Source: a virus
Taxonomy: Duplodnaviria; Caudoviricetes
IMG/VR virus record: IMGVR_UViG_3300030708_003093
Coordinates: 1-35,662 of that record
DNA length: 35,662 nucleotides
Direction: 5' to 3' (one strand)
Part shown: positions 27,564 to 35,662 of the stretch, piece after piece
How the letters are laid out: every line of letters begins with the position of its first letter
How positions within the stretch are numbered: position 1 is the first letter of the stretch
Position numbers and translations under genes: made by a program
Notes under the pieces: generated by a model
Databases searched by the model: none
What the model was told of the DNA's origin: nothing
What the model saw: the letters and a program-made list of their open reading frames with translations, nothing else

Positions 27564-29135
27564 TTACGGTATATTGTTAAGATTACTAGAATTTGATCCG
27601 GAAGATCCTCCCGATGCAGAACTATTTAATCCACCACCAGTCGGAACTTTAATTATCTTTTCAACTTCGACTGGCATAATAATGACTTGATCAGAACCTC
27701 CATCATCTGTGGGGACAGAAATATTATCTGGAGAAACTTTTGGTTTTACAGATGAAATTTTAGCACCCTTTCCAATAGCAACATTGACTGAAGTTGGTTT
27801 GACTGCTTCATAAGCTGCAATAAACTTCTCTTCAGCAGGAGTTCCGGAAGATCCACCAAGTTCAACTCCAATGCATCCTGCAGTTCCATTACTACCAATA
27901 TCACTGTGTACCAATAATTGACTTCTGTTGCCGATTGAACCACTTAGATTGTTGATGTAAGCAGACCAAGTTCCTACCCCATCAATATATCCATGTCTTT
28001 GGAAGTCCAATAAAGGATAACGACCATCTGGTAATGGATTCAAAGCTCCAGAAATATTTGCCCTGTCACTTTGAGAAGCATTTGCAGTTCTGAACACTCC
28101 ACTGATTGCTTCCCATGATCCAATTTTCTTACCAGTGGCATCATTCAGAACCAATTTGCCAGTAGCACCATCACCATGTCCAATAAAATCAAGACTTCCT
28201 CCTGGTTGTATTGGTCCACTTGAAATTTCCACATTATCACCACTTGGTGAAGGTTTCCTAGTTAGGAAACCACCAGTGCCAGGAGCAGATTTTTTAAATA
28301 TGCCCTGGAGGTTTTTGATATTTTTTCTGAAAATCTCTATGGATTTTTTACTCTTTCCTAAAGACTTTGCAAACATCAAATATGATTTTTTGGGAAAACT
28401 TCCTGAAGTTGTTTTTATATTAGTCTTCTTTGAATCGGAAGTTTTACTTTTTGGAGGAACGACTCCACCTCTATTTCTCATCAACGGTTGTTGTCGCACT
28501 GGAGCAGGTGGATTAAAATCAGATCCACCAACAGTATCTCCAACTCTTATAACACTTCCATCAGACATTACGTTTGGATCATCGGCATTTCTGGTTGTAA
28601 CTTCATCAACTTCATCATAACCTAAATCCAACTCAGAAATACCAACATTCAAATCTTTATCTAAAGTCTTTAATTCACTTTCTATAGGATTCAAATCAAC
28701 TTTTGATTTTGCATAAGTCGGAAATAATTGATCAAAAATAAACCCAAAACCAGTTCCGATAACACCAAATATTTTACCAGCAATGTCTAAAGCAGGTTTT
28801 ACCTGATCAATGAAGTTACTTACATTTTCTATTATTTTTGGTAACTGATTTACAAGAAATCCCAACAATAAAGTTCCAAAGAAATTCATCGCTGTATCAA
28901 ATATGGGCATAACTTTTGATGTTATCTTCTGTGCCCCTGCTTTCAGAAAACTTGTAACTGGTTTAATTTTTTCGGTTGCCTTTTCTTTTTCCTCTCTTTT
29001 TGCTAATTTTGCCTGTTTCCTTAAAAATTTATTTTTATTGATCTTTGCTTTTTGAAGATCTTTTCTAGACTTCAAAATGAAACTGTCTAATTCAGTTACA
29101 CTTATTTTTACTTTGTTTAGTTGAATATTGTCCAT
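27564..29135 (-). CDS. Hub/tape-measure-associated coiled-coil protein with C-terminal L,D-transpeptidase/Tlde1-like domain
   Basis: Basic coiled-coil N-terminus, hydrophobic helix (FFGTLLLGFLV), then WEAISG...PLPDGRY...LLVHSDIGSNGTAGCIGV. Confidence 0.65.
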   Translation of the reverse strand: MDNIQLNKVKISVTELDSFILKSRKDLQKAKINKNKFLRKQAKLAKREEKEKATEKIKPVTSFLKAGAQKITSKVMPIFDTAMNFFGTLLLGFLVNQLPKIIENVSNFIDQVKPALDIAGKIFGVIGTGFGFIFDQLFPTYAKSKVDLNPIESELKTLDKDLNVGISELDLGYDEVDEVTTRNADDPNVMSDGSVIRVGDTVGGSDFNPPAPVRQQPLMRNRGGVVPPKSKTSDSKKTNIKTTSGSFPKKSYLMFAKSLGKSKKSIEIFRKNIKNLQGIFKKSAPGTGGFLTRKPSPSGDNVEISSGPIQPGGSLDFIGHGDGATGKLVLNDATGKKIGSWEAISGVFRTANASQSDRANISGALNPLPDGRYPLLDFQRHGYIDGVGTWSAYINNLSGSIGNRSQLLVHSDIGSNGTAGCIGVELGGSSGTPAEEKFIAAYEAVKPTSVNVAIGKGAKISSVKPKVSPDNISVPTDDGGSDQVIIMPVEVEKIIKVPTGGGLNSSASGGSSGSNSSNLNNIP

Positions 29136-29138
29136 TTA

Positions 29139-30941
29139 TCAGGCTCCAAATATTCCTAATTGTTCCTTCATAAACCCAATAAAGAAATTGGAAGGATCTT
29201 CGGCACCTAATACTGGAATAGAATCACCAGCAGGTTTTGGTTGATCTCCTCCAAGAGATGTCATCGTTGTTTGTTTTTGTGGTGGCATCATAGTAACACC
29301 ACTTCCCTTACGTTTGGCAGGAGGTTTTAACTTTGAAGCACCACCACCTCCACCACCAGACGATGGTGTTATTTTTGCAGCAGAAGCACCACCTCCACCT
29401 CCTCCTCCAGATGACATTGTAGGAGGTTTTTTGTTTGTCATCACTTCTGACAAACTACTTAGAACTTTTGCAAATTCAATATTTGCTTTTTCAAATTCTA
29501 AATTATTTTTTATTTGAGATTCGAAAGTTTTTTGAATTACATTATACATTTCACCACCAGTAGAATTCATAGCTGCTAAAGTACTGCTCCCCCAAAGATT
29601 AGTTGCATCTCTGTTAATAACAAATTCACCTGGTGTCAACATTGCAGAAACACTATCCTTATTTGGTCCCAATTCATTTCCTGCAACTTTACCACCAGTA
29701 TTCATTTCAGCAGATTCTTTATTATTCTCTTCATTTTTAGCACCAGTTATAAAGTCATAAATTTTACCACCAACAATATCTCCAAATATACCACCAGCAA
29801 CTGTGCCAAAAAATGGAATAGGCACCAATGATCCTAATGCACTACCTAACATGGCACCTACTGATTTTGCTGCTGCTCTTCCAATAGGTTCTCCGAGTGC
29901 CAATGATACTGCAAAATCAATTAGACCACCAAAGATAGGAACTCTTTTTAAAAGAGGTCTTAAGAATTTAGTAATTCCTTTTAAACCCAACTTTGATACA
30001 ACTTTTGATCCTGCTTGAGATGCAATATCCTGGACTCTAGTAATTGATTTTGCTACAATATTATTTCTAACTCCACCGGAAGCATTTCTAATAAGACCTC
30101 CTCTTGGTTTTTTTCCAAATCTATCGTTTCCGGCACGATCTCCAAATCTTCTCCTAAATCTCTGTTCTGCTGGAGATACTCTGGATCCTCTTGGTCTTCT
30201 TCCTCTTCCTGCACCACCGGTAACAAATCTACCGATTGCTCTTACTGCTCTAAAAAGAGTTACAAGTTTTCTTACCACACCAGCTATTAAAACACCACCG
30301 GCAATACCTACAACCCATCCCCAATTTTTGGCAATACCATCAAATATTGCTTTTATACGTTCAATGTTTTCTGGTTTCAGTGCTTGATTAATTATAAATC
30401 CACCGACAAGTGCTCCAAAAAATCCCAGTATTTTGTCAAATACATTCTTGATTGGTGCCCCAATTTTACCGACAATACCACCAATTGCACCACCAACTTT
30501 CTTCAGTGCTTCAACATCTTTTTCTTTCTGTTGCTTTTTCTTTAAATCTGCTGCCTTCTGTGCATTCTTTAGATCCCTCTTCTCTTTATTAATACGAGAA
30601 GAATAATCTAGTTCCAATTGCTCTTTTATACTGACAAGAGACTCATTGATCTGTATTAAAGTATTTTTTCCAGTTTCTGGTGACAGAGATGCAATTGTAC
30701 CTTCTTTTTTAGCGGTTCCTTTTGCCTTAAGAATATTTGTTATTTTTGTAATTTTTTGTTGGTTGAGGGCAACCTTAGAACCTAGTTCACTAAATTGTTT
30801 TTTACTTATTTTATCTCTACGATCTCTTGCTATCTTACCTTCTAACTTACTTACTCTAATCTCTAAATTATCAGTGCGTTTATCTGCACTGTCAGCACGT
30901 TGTTCTAAGTCCGATACCCTGGGTTCTAAATTATCAGCCAT
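29139..30941 (-). CDS. Tape-measure-like / baseplate hub structural protein (600 aa)
   Basis: Coiled-coil N-terminus, Gly/Ala-rich hydrophobic helices, DSVSAMLTPGEFVIN motif typical of tail tape-measure-type proteins; immediately downstream of gp26/gp51. Confidence 0.65.
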   Translation of the reverse strand: MADNLEPRVSDLEQRADSADKRTDNLEIRVSKLEGKIARDRRDKISKKQFSELGSKVALNQQKITKITNILKAKGTAKKEGTIASLSPETGKNTLIQINESLVSIKEQLELDYSSRINKEKRDLKNAQKAADLKKKQQKEKDVEALKKVGGAIGGIVGKIGAPIKNVFDKILGFFGALVGGFIINQALKPENIERIKAIFDGIAKNWGWVVGIAGGVLIAGVVRKLVTLFRAVRAIGRFVTGGAGRGRRPRGSRVSPAEQRFRRRFGDRAGNDRFGKKPRGGLIRNASGGVRNNIVAKSITRVQDIASQAGSKVVSKLGLKGITKFLRPLLKRVPIFGGLIDFAVSLALGEPIGRAAAKSVGAMLGSALGSLVPIPFFGTVAGGIFGDIVGGKIYDFITGAKNEENNKESAEMNTGGKVAGNELGPNKDSVSAMLTPGEFVINRDATNLWGSSTLAAMNSTGGEMYNVIQKTFESQIKNNLEFEKANIEFAKVLSSLSEVMTNKKPPTMSSGGGGGGGASAAKITPSSGGGGGGASKLKPPAKRKGSGVTMMPPQKQTTMTSLGGDQPKPAGDSIPVLGAEDPSNFFIGFMKEQLGIFGA

Positions 30942-31110
30942 TTTGTTGTTGTGCCTTTAGATTTTCCTCTTCAATATATTGTGAGAGCAGAGTCACATAA
31001 ATTTCTCTCTCCCAAGGTATCATATTCTCTAGTTCTGTTAATGAGTATTTATGATGTTGCATGAGGGCAAAGTTAGTTCTATAAAAATTCTCAAGGCTCT
31101 CATGCGACAT
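30934..31110 (-). CDS. gp51: Small gp51-like baseplate hub assembly protein (58 aa); possibly the C-terminal extension of gp26 via frameshift
   Basis: Below ORF-track cutoff. Hand translation MSHESLENFYRTNFALMQHHKYSLTELENMIPWEREIYVTLLSQYIEEENLKAQQQNG*, the conserved cyanophage gp51 pattern. Confidence 0.85.
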   Translation of the reverse strand: MSHESLENFYRTNFALMQHHKYSLTELENMIPWEREIYVTLLSQYIEEENLKAQQQNG

Positions 31111-31112
31111 CG

Positions 31113-31835
31113 CTAGTTGAAAAAACTTGCTAATCCCTCAAGAACTACTTCACTCTCAACTTCAGTATTTGGATTTTTAACTTTGATGGTATGAGAAAGT
31201 TTTGGCATAGTCTCAAAAAACTTCTCAACTTCTTTGAACTGCTTGGTGTTCATCTGATCGACAAAATCCTTGAGTTCTTTCTTTGTGCAGTCAGATGCTG
31301 ACCAAGATTCTTCTTCATTGAAAACCGTATTGATACATGAAGTAATCACACTCAAAGATTTATCAACATCACTTGAATTTTCACCAACCTCAAAATTACT
31401 TTCAACAAATTGATTCAGTGAAGGATACTTCATCTGGAGTGAAAGATTATCATCCAATTTAATAATATTTGAATGCTCGGGATCTTTTTTTACTTTAATT
31501 TCATCAATGAAGATTTCAGTGGCAACTTGTGTCTCTCCATCATCAGGACAAGTTATATTGACTTCTACAGTTTCTCCAACTGATTTTGCTCTAACATTTA
31601 AGAAGAGATATTCAATATCAAAAGTAGAAAGGTCATTGACCTTAACACCTCTGCTCATTACACAATCAGAAAGGACGGTTTTGATTGCATCAGAAATTTG
31701 TTTGGTATCTTCAGATTCCAATGCCATAATCAAAATTTTCTCTTCTCTTACCAAGAAAGGACGATACTTTATTTTTTTCCCAGTAGAAGGCAATTCCAAC
31801 TCATAAGTTGGAGTATTAATTTTTGGTAAAGGCAT
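31113..31835 (-). CDS. gp26: Baseplate hub subunit/assembly chaperone gp26
   Basis: MPLPKINTPTYELELPSTGKKIKYRPFLVREEKILIMA...FDIEYLFLNVRAKSVGE...CPDD...LEGLASFF, the conserved cyanophage gp26 pattern. Confidence 0.9.
   Translation of the reverse strand: MPLPKINTPTYELELPSTGKKIKYRPFLVREEKILIMALESEDTKQISDAIKTVLSDCVMSRGVKVNDLSTFDIEYLFLNVRAKSVGETVEVNITCPDDGETQVATEIFIDEIKVKKDPEHSNIIKLDDNLSLQMKYPSLNQFVESNFEVGENSSDVDKSLSVITSCINTVFNEEESWSASDCTKKELKDFVDQMNTKQFKEVEKFFETMPKLSHTIKVKNPNTEVESEVVLEGLASFFN
31119..31125 (-). other. Putative -1 ribosomal frameshift heptamer T TTT TTC
   Basis: GAG GGA TTA GCA AGT TTT TTC AAC TAG CG ATG; the -1 frame reads TTT CAA CTA GCG ATG, in frame with the gp51-like ORF with no stop. 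Confidence 0.65.
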
Positions 31836-31863
31836 AACAACCCATTATAATTTCAGTTGTGAT

Positions 31864-31870
31864 TATTTAT
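31864..31870 (-). promoter_or_regulatory. Late promoter motif ATAAATA
   Basis: Directly after the stop of the tube-like gene, 29 nt upstream of gp26 ATG. Confidence 0.6.
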
Positions 31871-32604
31871 CAGGCAATATTAGATCCCGTTCCAATTAAA
31901 TCATTTGCACCGATAGAATTATTTCCTCTCTGTGGAAGTCCATGACTTACAATATATCTATCATAACCAAATTGAACACTAACTTTGAGGAGTTCTGCAG
32001 ATCCATATTTGACCTGCATTGAAGTCATACCTTTTGGAAATGCATTAACAAATTCATAAGTCAAATAATCCTTAGAAGTTTGAAAATCTTTTTCAAACTT
32101 TGTTATTGACAATGTATCAACTTTGTATCCGCCAGTTGCTTTTTGGGATGAACTGGTAGGATCTCCTAAAGGATAATTAAATTTACGATAGTATCCTCTC
32201 GTGTTAGTTTCGGGAGTCTTTGTATGGTGAATGGTTCCAGAAATATAATCCATCCAACCTTCAAAGAACTTTAGCATTTTATATTTTTTATCAACATAGA
32301 AAGTAAACTCACTATCAACATACAATCTAGTATGTGCAAACTGTTGAGTTATACCCTGAAAATTGTCTTTGACTTCTGCTGTTGCAAATGAACTTGTAGG
32401 CAAAGTTGCCTCAGTGCAAAGTACTCCAACATATTGATTATACCAGTCTTTTTCTAATTTACCATACTTTTCACTGTTGAGTAAATCCTGCAATGCTTTA
32501 GGCATACCAGAAATGTATACCTGATAGTGATTATCTAGTGCTGGATTAACGAGGTCCTGTTTAGTCAGGGCACTCATTTTATATCCTTGAATAAGTGAAG
32601 CCAC
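31870..32604 (-). CDS. Tail tube-like protein (gp19/gp54 family; baseplate tube initiator)
   Basis: GTG start; LCTEATLP..SFAT...FAHTRLY...FTFYVD..Y..LKFFEGWMDYI...YEFVNAFP...LLKVSVQFGYDRY. Confidence 0.78.
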   Translation of the reverse strand: MASLIQGYKMSALTKQDLVNPALDNHYQVYISGMPKALQDLLNSEKYGKLEKDWYNQYVGVLCTEATLPTSSFATAEVKDNFQGITQQFAHTRLYVDSEFTFYVDKKYKMLKFFEGWMDYISGTIHHTKTPETNTRGYYRKFNYPLGDPTSSSQKATGGYKVDTLSITKFEKDFQTSKDYLTYEFVNAFPKGMTSMQVKYGSAELLKVSVQFGYDRYIVSHGLPQRGNNSIGANDLIGTGSNIA

Positions 32605-32605
32605 T

Positions 32606-32644
32606 CTAAATACCTTATATGGACTTTTATTATTAATTATTTAG
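32606..32644. promoter_or_regulatory. Pair of oppositely oriented late promoter motifs (CTAAATA + strand 32606-32612; CTAAATA - strand 32638-32644)
   Basis: 40-nt intergenic region between divergent genes is bounded by the inverted pair CTAAATA...TATTTAG. Confidence 0.7.
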
Positions 32645-33082
32645 ATGGCATATAGAGGAAAATATCAACCATCCTTTCCAAGAAAGTATAAAGGAGACTC
32701 TTCAAACATAGTATATCGTTCTTTATGGGAACGTAAATTCATGGTTTACTGTGATAGAAATGAAAATATTTTAGAATGGGGAAGTGAAGAGATTGCACTT
32801 CCATACAGATCACCAGTTGATAACAGAGTTCATCGTTATTTTCCAGACTTTTACATAAAGGTCAAAGAAAATAATGGAAGAATCAAAAAGATGATTGTTG
32901 AGATCAAACCACTAAAACAATGTATTGAACCCAAGGTTCAAAAGAAAAAGACCAAAGGATACATCTTTGAGGTTGTCGAATACGCCAAGAATCAGGCAAA
33001 ATGGGCAGCAGCAAAAGAATGGTGTTTAGATCGTGGTTATGAATTTAAGGTGCTTACAGAAAACGAGTTAGGTATAAAATAA
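32645..33082 (+). CDS. gp4: Head completion protein gp4 (TnsA-like nuclease fold)
   Basis: MAYRGKYQPSFPRKYKGD..NIVYRSLWERKFM.YCD...WGSEE...HRYFPDF...VEIKP...NQAKW.AA..WC...F.VLTE.ELG. Confidence 0.92.
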   Translation: MAYRGKYQPSFPRKYKGDSSNIVYRSLWERKFMVYCDRNENILEWGSEEIALPYRSPVDNRVHRYFPDFYIKVKENNGRIKKMIVEIKPLKQCIEPKVQKKKTKGYIFEVVEYAKNQAKWAAAKEWCLDRGYEFKVLTENELGIK

Positions 33083-33684
33083 TGGCACTAACAGGATATG
33101 AAAAGAATAGACTGAATGACTACACAGTCTCTGAATTAATATCCATTGCAAGAAATTATTATGTAACTTTCAAACTACCATCTGGTGAAACTAGTACAAA
33201 CTATGGAAGATTGAATAAAAACCAACTTATAAGTGAGATTGAAAAAGATAGAGATTATAGATCTGGAGCACCAACAAATTTAACCATAGAAGAATCTGAC
33301 ATCAGACCTACTGACGATGATGGAAATAGAATCAGAGCAGTAGTGAACAGATTGATTGGTTCTGAAGGTGCTGATTCATTATGGAATCAAATATCAAATG
33401 TATTGAGTTCAGATACAGATATGGTTCCAGAAATAGGAGAACTGTATACATTTAAATATGTGGCAAAGACTCCAAATATAGTCTATGATCTTTATCCATT
33501 GATTGTTGCCGAAAATTACTTACAGTCTCAAAACGGAACAGTTGGATTCATTGGATATAATTTTCACTGGAATAAGTATAGAAAGTATACGTGGGAAGAA
33601 GTCCAAACACCCTTATATAAAGTTCGTACAGGGGAACTTGCAGACTTAAGGGAAATTCCTTACGCTAAGTTTCTAAATAGTTAG
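33082..33684 (+). CDS. gp2: DNA end protector gp2-like protein with N-terminal extension
   Basis: C-half PEIGELYTFKYVAKTPNIVYDLYPLI...GFIGYNFHW...RKYTWEEV; TAATG coupling to gp4. Confidence 0.65.
   Translation: MALTGYEKNRLNDYTVSELISIARNYYVTFKLPSGETSTNYGRLNKNQLISEIEKDRDYRSGAPTNLTIEESDIRPTDDDGNRIRAVVNRLIGSEGADSLWNQISNVLSSDTDMVPEIGELYTFKYVAKTPNIVYDLYPLIVAENYLQSQNGTVGFIGYNFHWNKYRKYTWEEVQTPLYKVRTGELADLREIPYAKFLNS
33673..33679 (+). promoter_or_regulatory. Late promoter motif CTAAATA
   Basis: 17 nt upstream of ATG 33696. Confidence 0.55.
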
Positions 33685-33695
33685 AAAAAAGATAG

Positions 33696-34886
33696 ATGGG
33701 AAGAAAGAAAAGATTAAGTGCTACACAAAAAGAAGCCCAAAGAAAACTTGCTGAACAAGTAAGAGATTTAAATGCTAAAAAGGCAGAGGAAGATGCTGCC
33801 AGACCCATCAACACGGTTAGGATTAAAACTGCTGGCAGGGGTGGAAGTCAAAAATCATATCAAAGATGGGATGGAAAACAGTGGGTAACTGGAACGGGAA
33901 AAGATGCCGCAAAGTATAAAGGATTATATAATAACCAACAAGAATTAAACAAGCAACAGTCAACTAAACAGGCACCTACTAGTGCAGCACCAAAAACACC
34001 CCCAGCTCCAAAAAGAGAAAGAAGAATACCTAAAACACCAAAAAAGGAAGAGTTTGGCAATCTTAGGTATCCACAAGATTTAATAGAAGAAGGTCAAGAT
34101 TTTATCAAGTTTGAGGTTTTTAATTATAAGACCAATAGAGCCACAGTGACTCGTGATGATAGCAACTTGATAGAAAAATCATTGGGAACTGTAATTCTTC
34201 CAATACCATCCCAAATCAATGATCAAAGTTCAGTTAATTATCAAGACAGTGGATTGAACTTTATGCAGGAACAAGGTGTGGGTGCAGTTAAAGATGTAAT
34301 TGGTTCTGGTGGAATTGGAGAATTCTTTGGAAATACTGCAGGAGCAATTGGAAATGCATTAGACACGGCAGGTGAAAATAAGCAATTAATTAATAATTTT
34401 ATTGCAAAATCTGCTGTTAATGCAATCGGTGGAAATATAACTGTAGATCAATTGACTGCAAGAACTACAGGTCAAGTAATAAATCCAAATATGGAACTGC
34501 TATTTTCGGGTCCAGTGCTTAGAGAATTTAATTTCACGTTCAAGTTTACTCCGAGATTTAAAAAAGAAGCCGACGTAGTTAGAGATATTATAAAAGTTTT
34601 CAAACGTAACATGAAACCTAAAGGTTCTGGTGGTGACTTTTTAACAACACCAAATGTTTTTAGAATTAGGTATATGATGGGAGAAGAGGACCACAAATTT
34701 TTAAATAAATTTAAGATCTGTGCTTTAAAATCTGCAAGTGTCAATTACACTGCCGATGGTGTATATGCAACATATCATGATGGAACTCCAATTTCAATGG
34801 AGTTGCAATTAACTTTTGGTGAATTGACTCCAATTTATAACGAAGATTATGATGAATATGGAAACGATACTGGAGTAGGATTCTGA
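33696..34886 (+). CDS. gp48: Baseplate tail tube cap gp48
   Basis: LRYP...DFIKF...VILPIP..I.D..SV.Y...GQVINPNMELLFSGP.LREF.FTFKFTPR...FLTTPNVF.I.Y...C.L....VNYT.DG.YATY.DG.P....L.L.F.EL.PIY. Confidence 0.88.
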   Translation: MGRKKRLSATQKEAQRKLAEQVRDLNAKKAEEDAARPINTVRIKTAGRGGSQKSYQRWDGKQWVTGTGKDAAKYKGLYNNQQELNKQQSTKQAPTSAAPKTPPAPKRERRIPKTPKKEEFGNLRYPQDLIEEGQDFIKFEVFNYKTNRATVTRDDSNLIEKSLGTVILPIPSQINDQSSVNYQDSGLNFMQEQGVGAVKDVIGSGGIGEFFGNTAGAIGNALDTAGENKQLINNFIAKSAVNAIGGNITVDQLTARTTGQVINPNMELLFSGPVLREFNFTFKFTPRFKKEADVVRDIIKVFKRNMKPKGSGGDFLTTPNVFRIRYMMGEEDHKFLNKFKICALKSASVNYTADGVYATYHDGTPISMELQLTFGELTPIYNEDYDEYGNDTGVGF

Positions 34887-35548
34887 TGGGTTACTTTAGA
34901 GAATTACCAAACATAGAATATCAATCATTCTTGTCCGATGCAGTTTCATCTCAAGACTATCTGACAGTAAAAAACTTGTTCAGAAGGAACAAGTTACGTG
35001 ATGACTTGCAAAATGTCTTTACAATGTTTGATAAGTATGAAATTGTACAAGGAGCAAGACCTGATACTGTTGCCGAAGAATTTTATGGCAGAGAAGAACT
35101 TGATTGGGTTGTTCTGTTGACTGCAGGAATAATCAATGTAAGAGATGAATGGCCTCTTTCAAACTATGAACTTTATAAGTATGTTGAAAAGAAATATGGA
35201 ATAGAGGGATTGAACTCTAACCATCACTTTGAAACTATTGAAATAAAGGATTCAAGCAATAGAGTGATCCTTCCTGCAGGCAAACAAGTTGACTCCAATT
35301 TCACCTTTAAATATAGTGACAATGGAATCAGTCAAGAAAAAACTGGTTCTGAAGTAAGAATCGGTGTGTCAAACTGGGAATACGAAACTGTATTGAACAA
35401 TAAAAAATCCTCGATTTATTTACTAAAACGAGAATTTTTACAGCAGTTTTTAAATGATATGAGAGAAATAATGACTTATGGATTGTCCTCGGAATATGTC
35501 AACGAATCGACAGTGAAAACCGAGAACACCAAAGTCAAGATTCTTTAG
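34886..35548 (+). CDS. gp53: Baseplate wedge subunit gp53
   Basis: MGYFRELPNIEY...KNLFRR...RPDTVAEEFYG...LDWVVLL...NVRDEWPLS...KYG...HHFET...VSNWEYE..LN.KK..I.LLK. Confidence 0.9.
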   Translation: MGYFRELPNIEYQSFLSDAVSSQDYLTVKNLFRRNKLRDDLQNVFTMFDKYEIVQGARPDTVAEEFYGREELDWVVLLTAGIINVRDEWPLSNYELYKYVEKKYGIEGLNSNHHFETIEIKDSSNRVILPAGKQVDSNFTFKYSDNGISQEKTGSEVRIGVSNWEYETVLNNKKSSIYLLKREFLQQFLNDMREIMTYGLSSEYVNESTVKTENTKVKIL

Positions 35549-35662
35549 TCGTTTGCAAGAGCAGCAAAGTATGAAAGAGTATCATCGTCATCATTAGAAG
35601 ACGGTGTGATATCAGGATCATTGAAACCACCACTGCTACTGGACAGGGAGTTCAGTTCTTCC
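35545..35662 (-). CDS. gp32: 3' end of single-stranded DNA-binding protein gp32 (partial)
   Basis: Hand translation ...EELNSLSSSSGGFNDPDITPSSNDDDDTLSYFAALAND*: acidic tail with the DD.LSYF..LA ending typical of cyanophage gp32; stop overlaps the gp53 stop. Confidence 0.8.
   Translation of the reverse strand, partial: EELNSLSSSSGGFNDPDITPSSNDDDDTLSYFAALAND

Noticed and set aside
29330-29412. Poly-Gly coding runs (ccacctccacca...) as a repeat element
   Set aside because: Ordinary low-complexity linkers within a protein.
31095-31114. Stimulatory hairpin 3' of the slippery site (GCGATGTCGC)
   Set aside because: Only a 3-4 bp stem visible; too weak to call without folding calculations.
9090-31806. 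Many plus-strand ORFs of 60-160 aa and nested alternative-frame minus-strand ORFs
   Set aside because: Shadows of the contiguous minus-strand structural genes; no independent motifs or promoters seen.
32645-33082. Transposon TnsA endonuclease / mobile element
   Set aside because: Motifs and synteny fit the core T4-like head completion gene gp4; no other transposition genes or terminal repeats.

Overview
AT-rich, gene-dense segment of a T4-like marine myovirus genome, most likely a cyanophage (Synechococcus/Prochlorococcus-type Kyanoviridae). It is the tail/baseplate structural region. Minus strand, right to left: gp19/gp54-like tube gene, gp26-like gene, a small gp51-like ORF missing from the ORF track, two coiled-coil hub/tape-measure-like proteins (one with a C-terminal L,D-transpeptidase/Tlde1-like domain), a gp27-like hub, a gp5-like locus apparently split into three genes, several large fibre/structural proteins with collar domains, an S8 subtilisin-like protease, an array of small fibre-associated/chaperone genes, a sigma70-promoter island with two small ORFs and three tRNAs (Ile-UAU, CAU, Leu-UAA), and a >1500-aa structural protein running off the left edge. 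Plus strand: gp4, gp2, gp48, gp53, abutting the 3' end of gp32 on the minus strand. T4-type late promoter motifs (A/C)TAAATA precede many genes. Most notable: a T-TTT-TTC slippery site that would fuse gp26 to the gp51-like ORF by a -1 frameshift (lambda G/GT-like), a rare tRNA-Ile(UAU), a fibre-embedded type-1-copper-like motif, the protease inside the fibre operon, and modular repeats in the fibre genes. All product calls come from motif recognition and synteny; no database searches were run.
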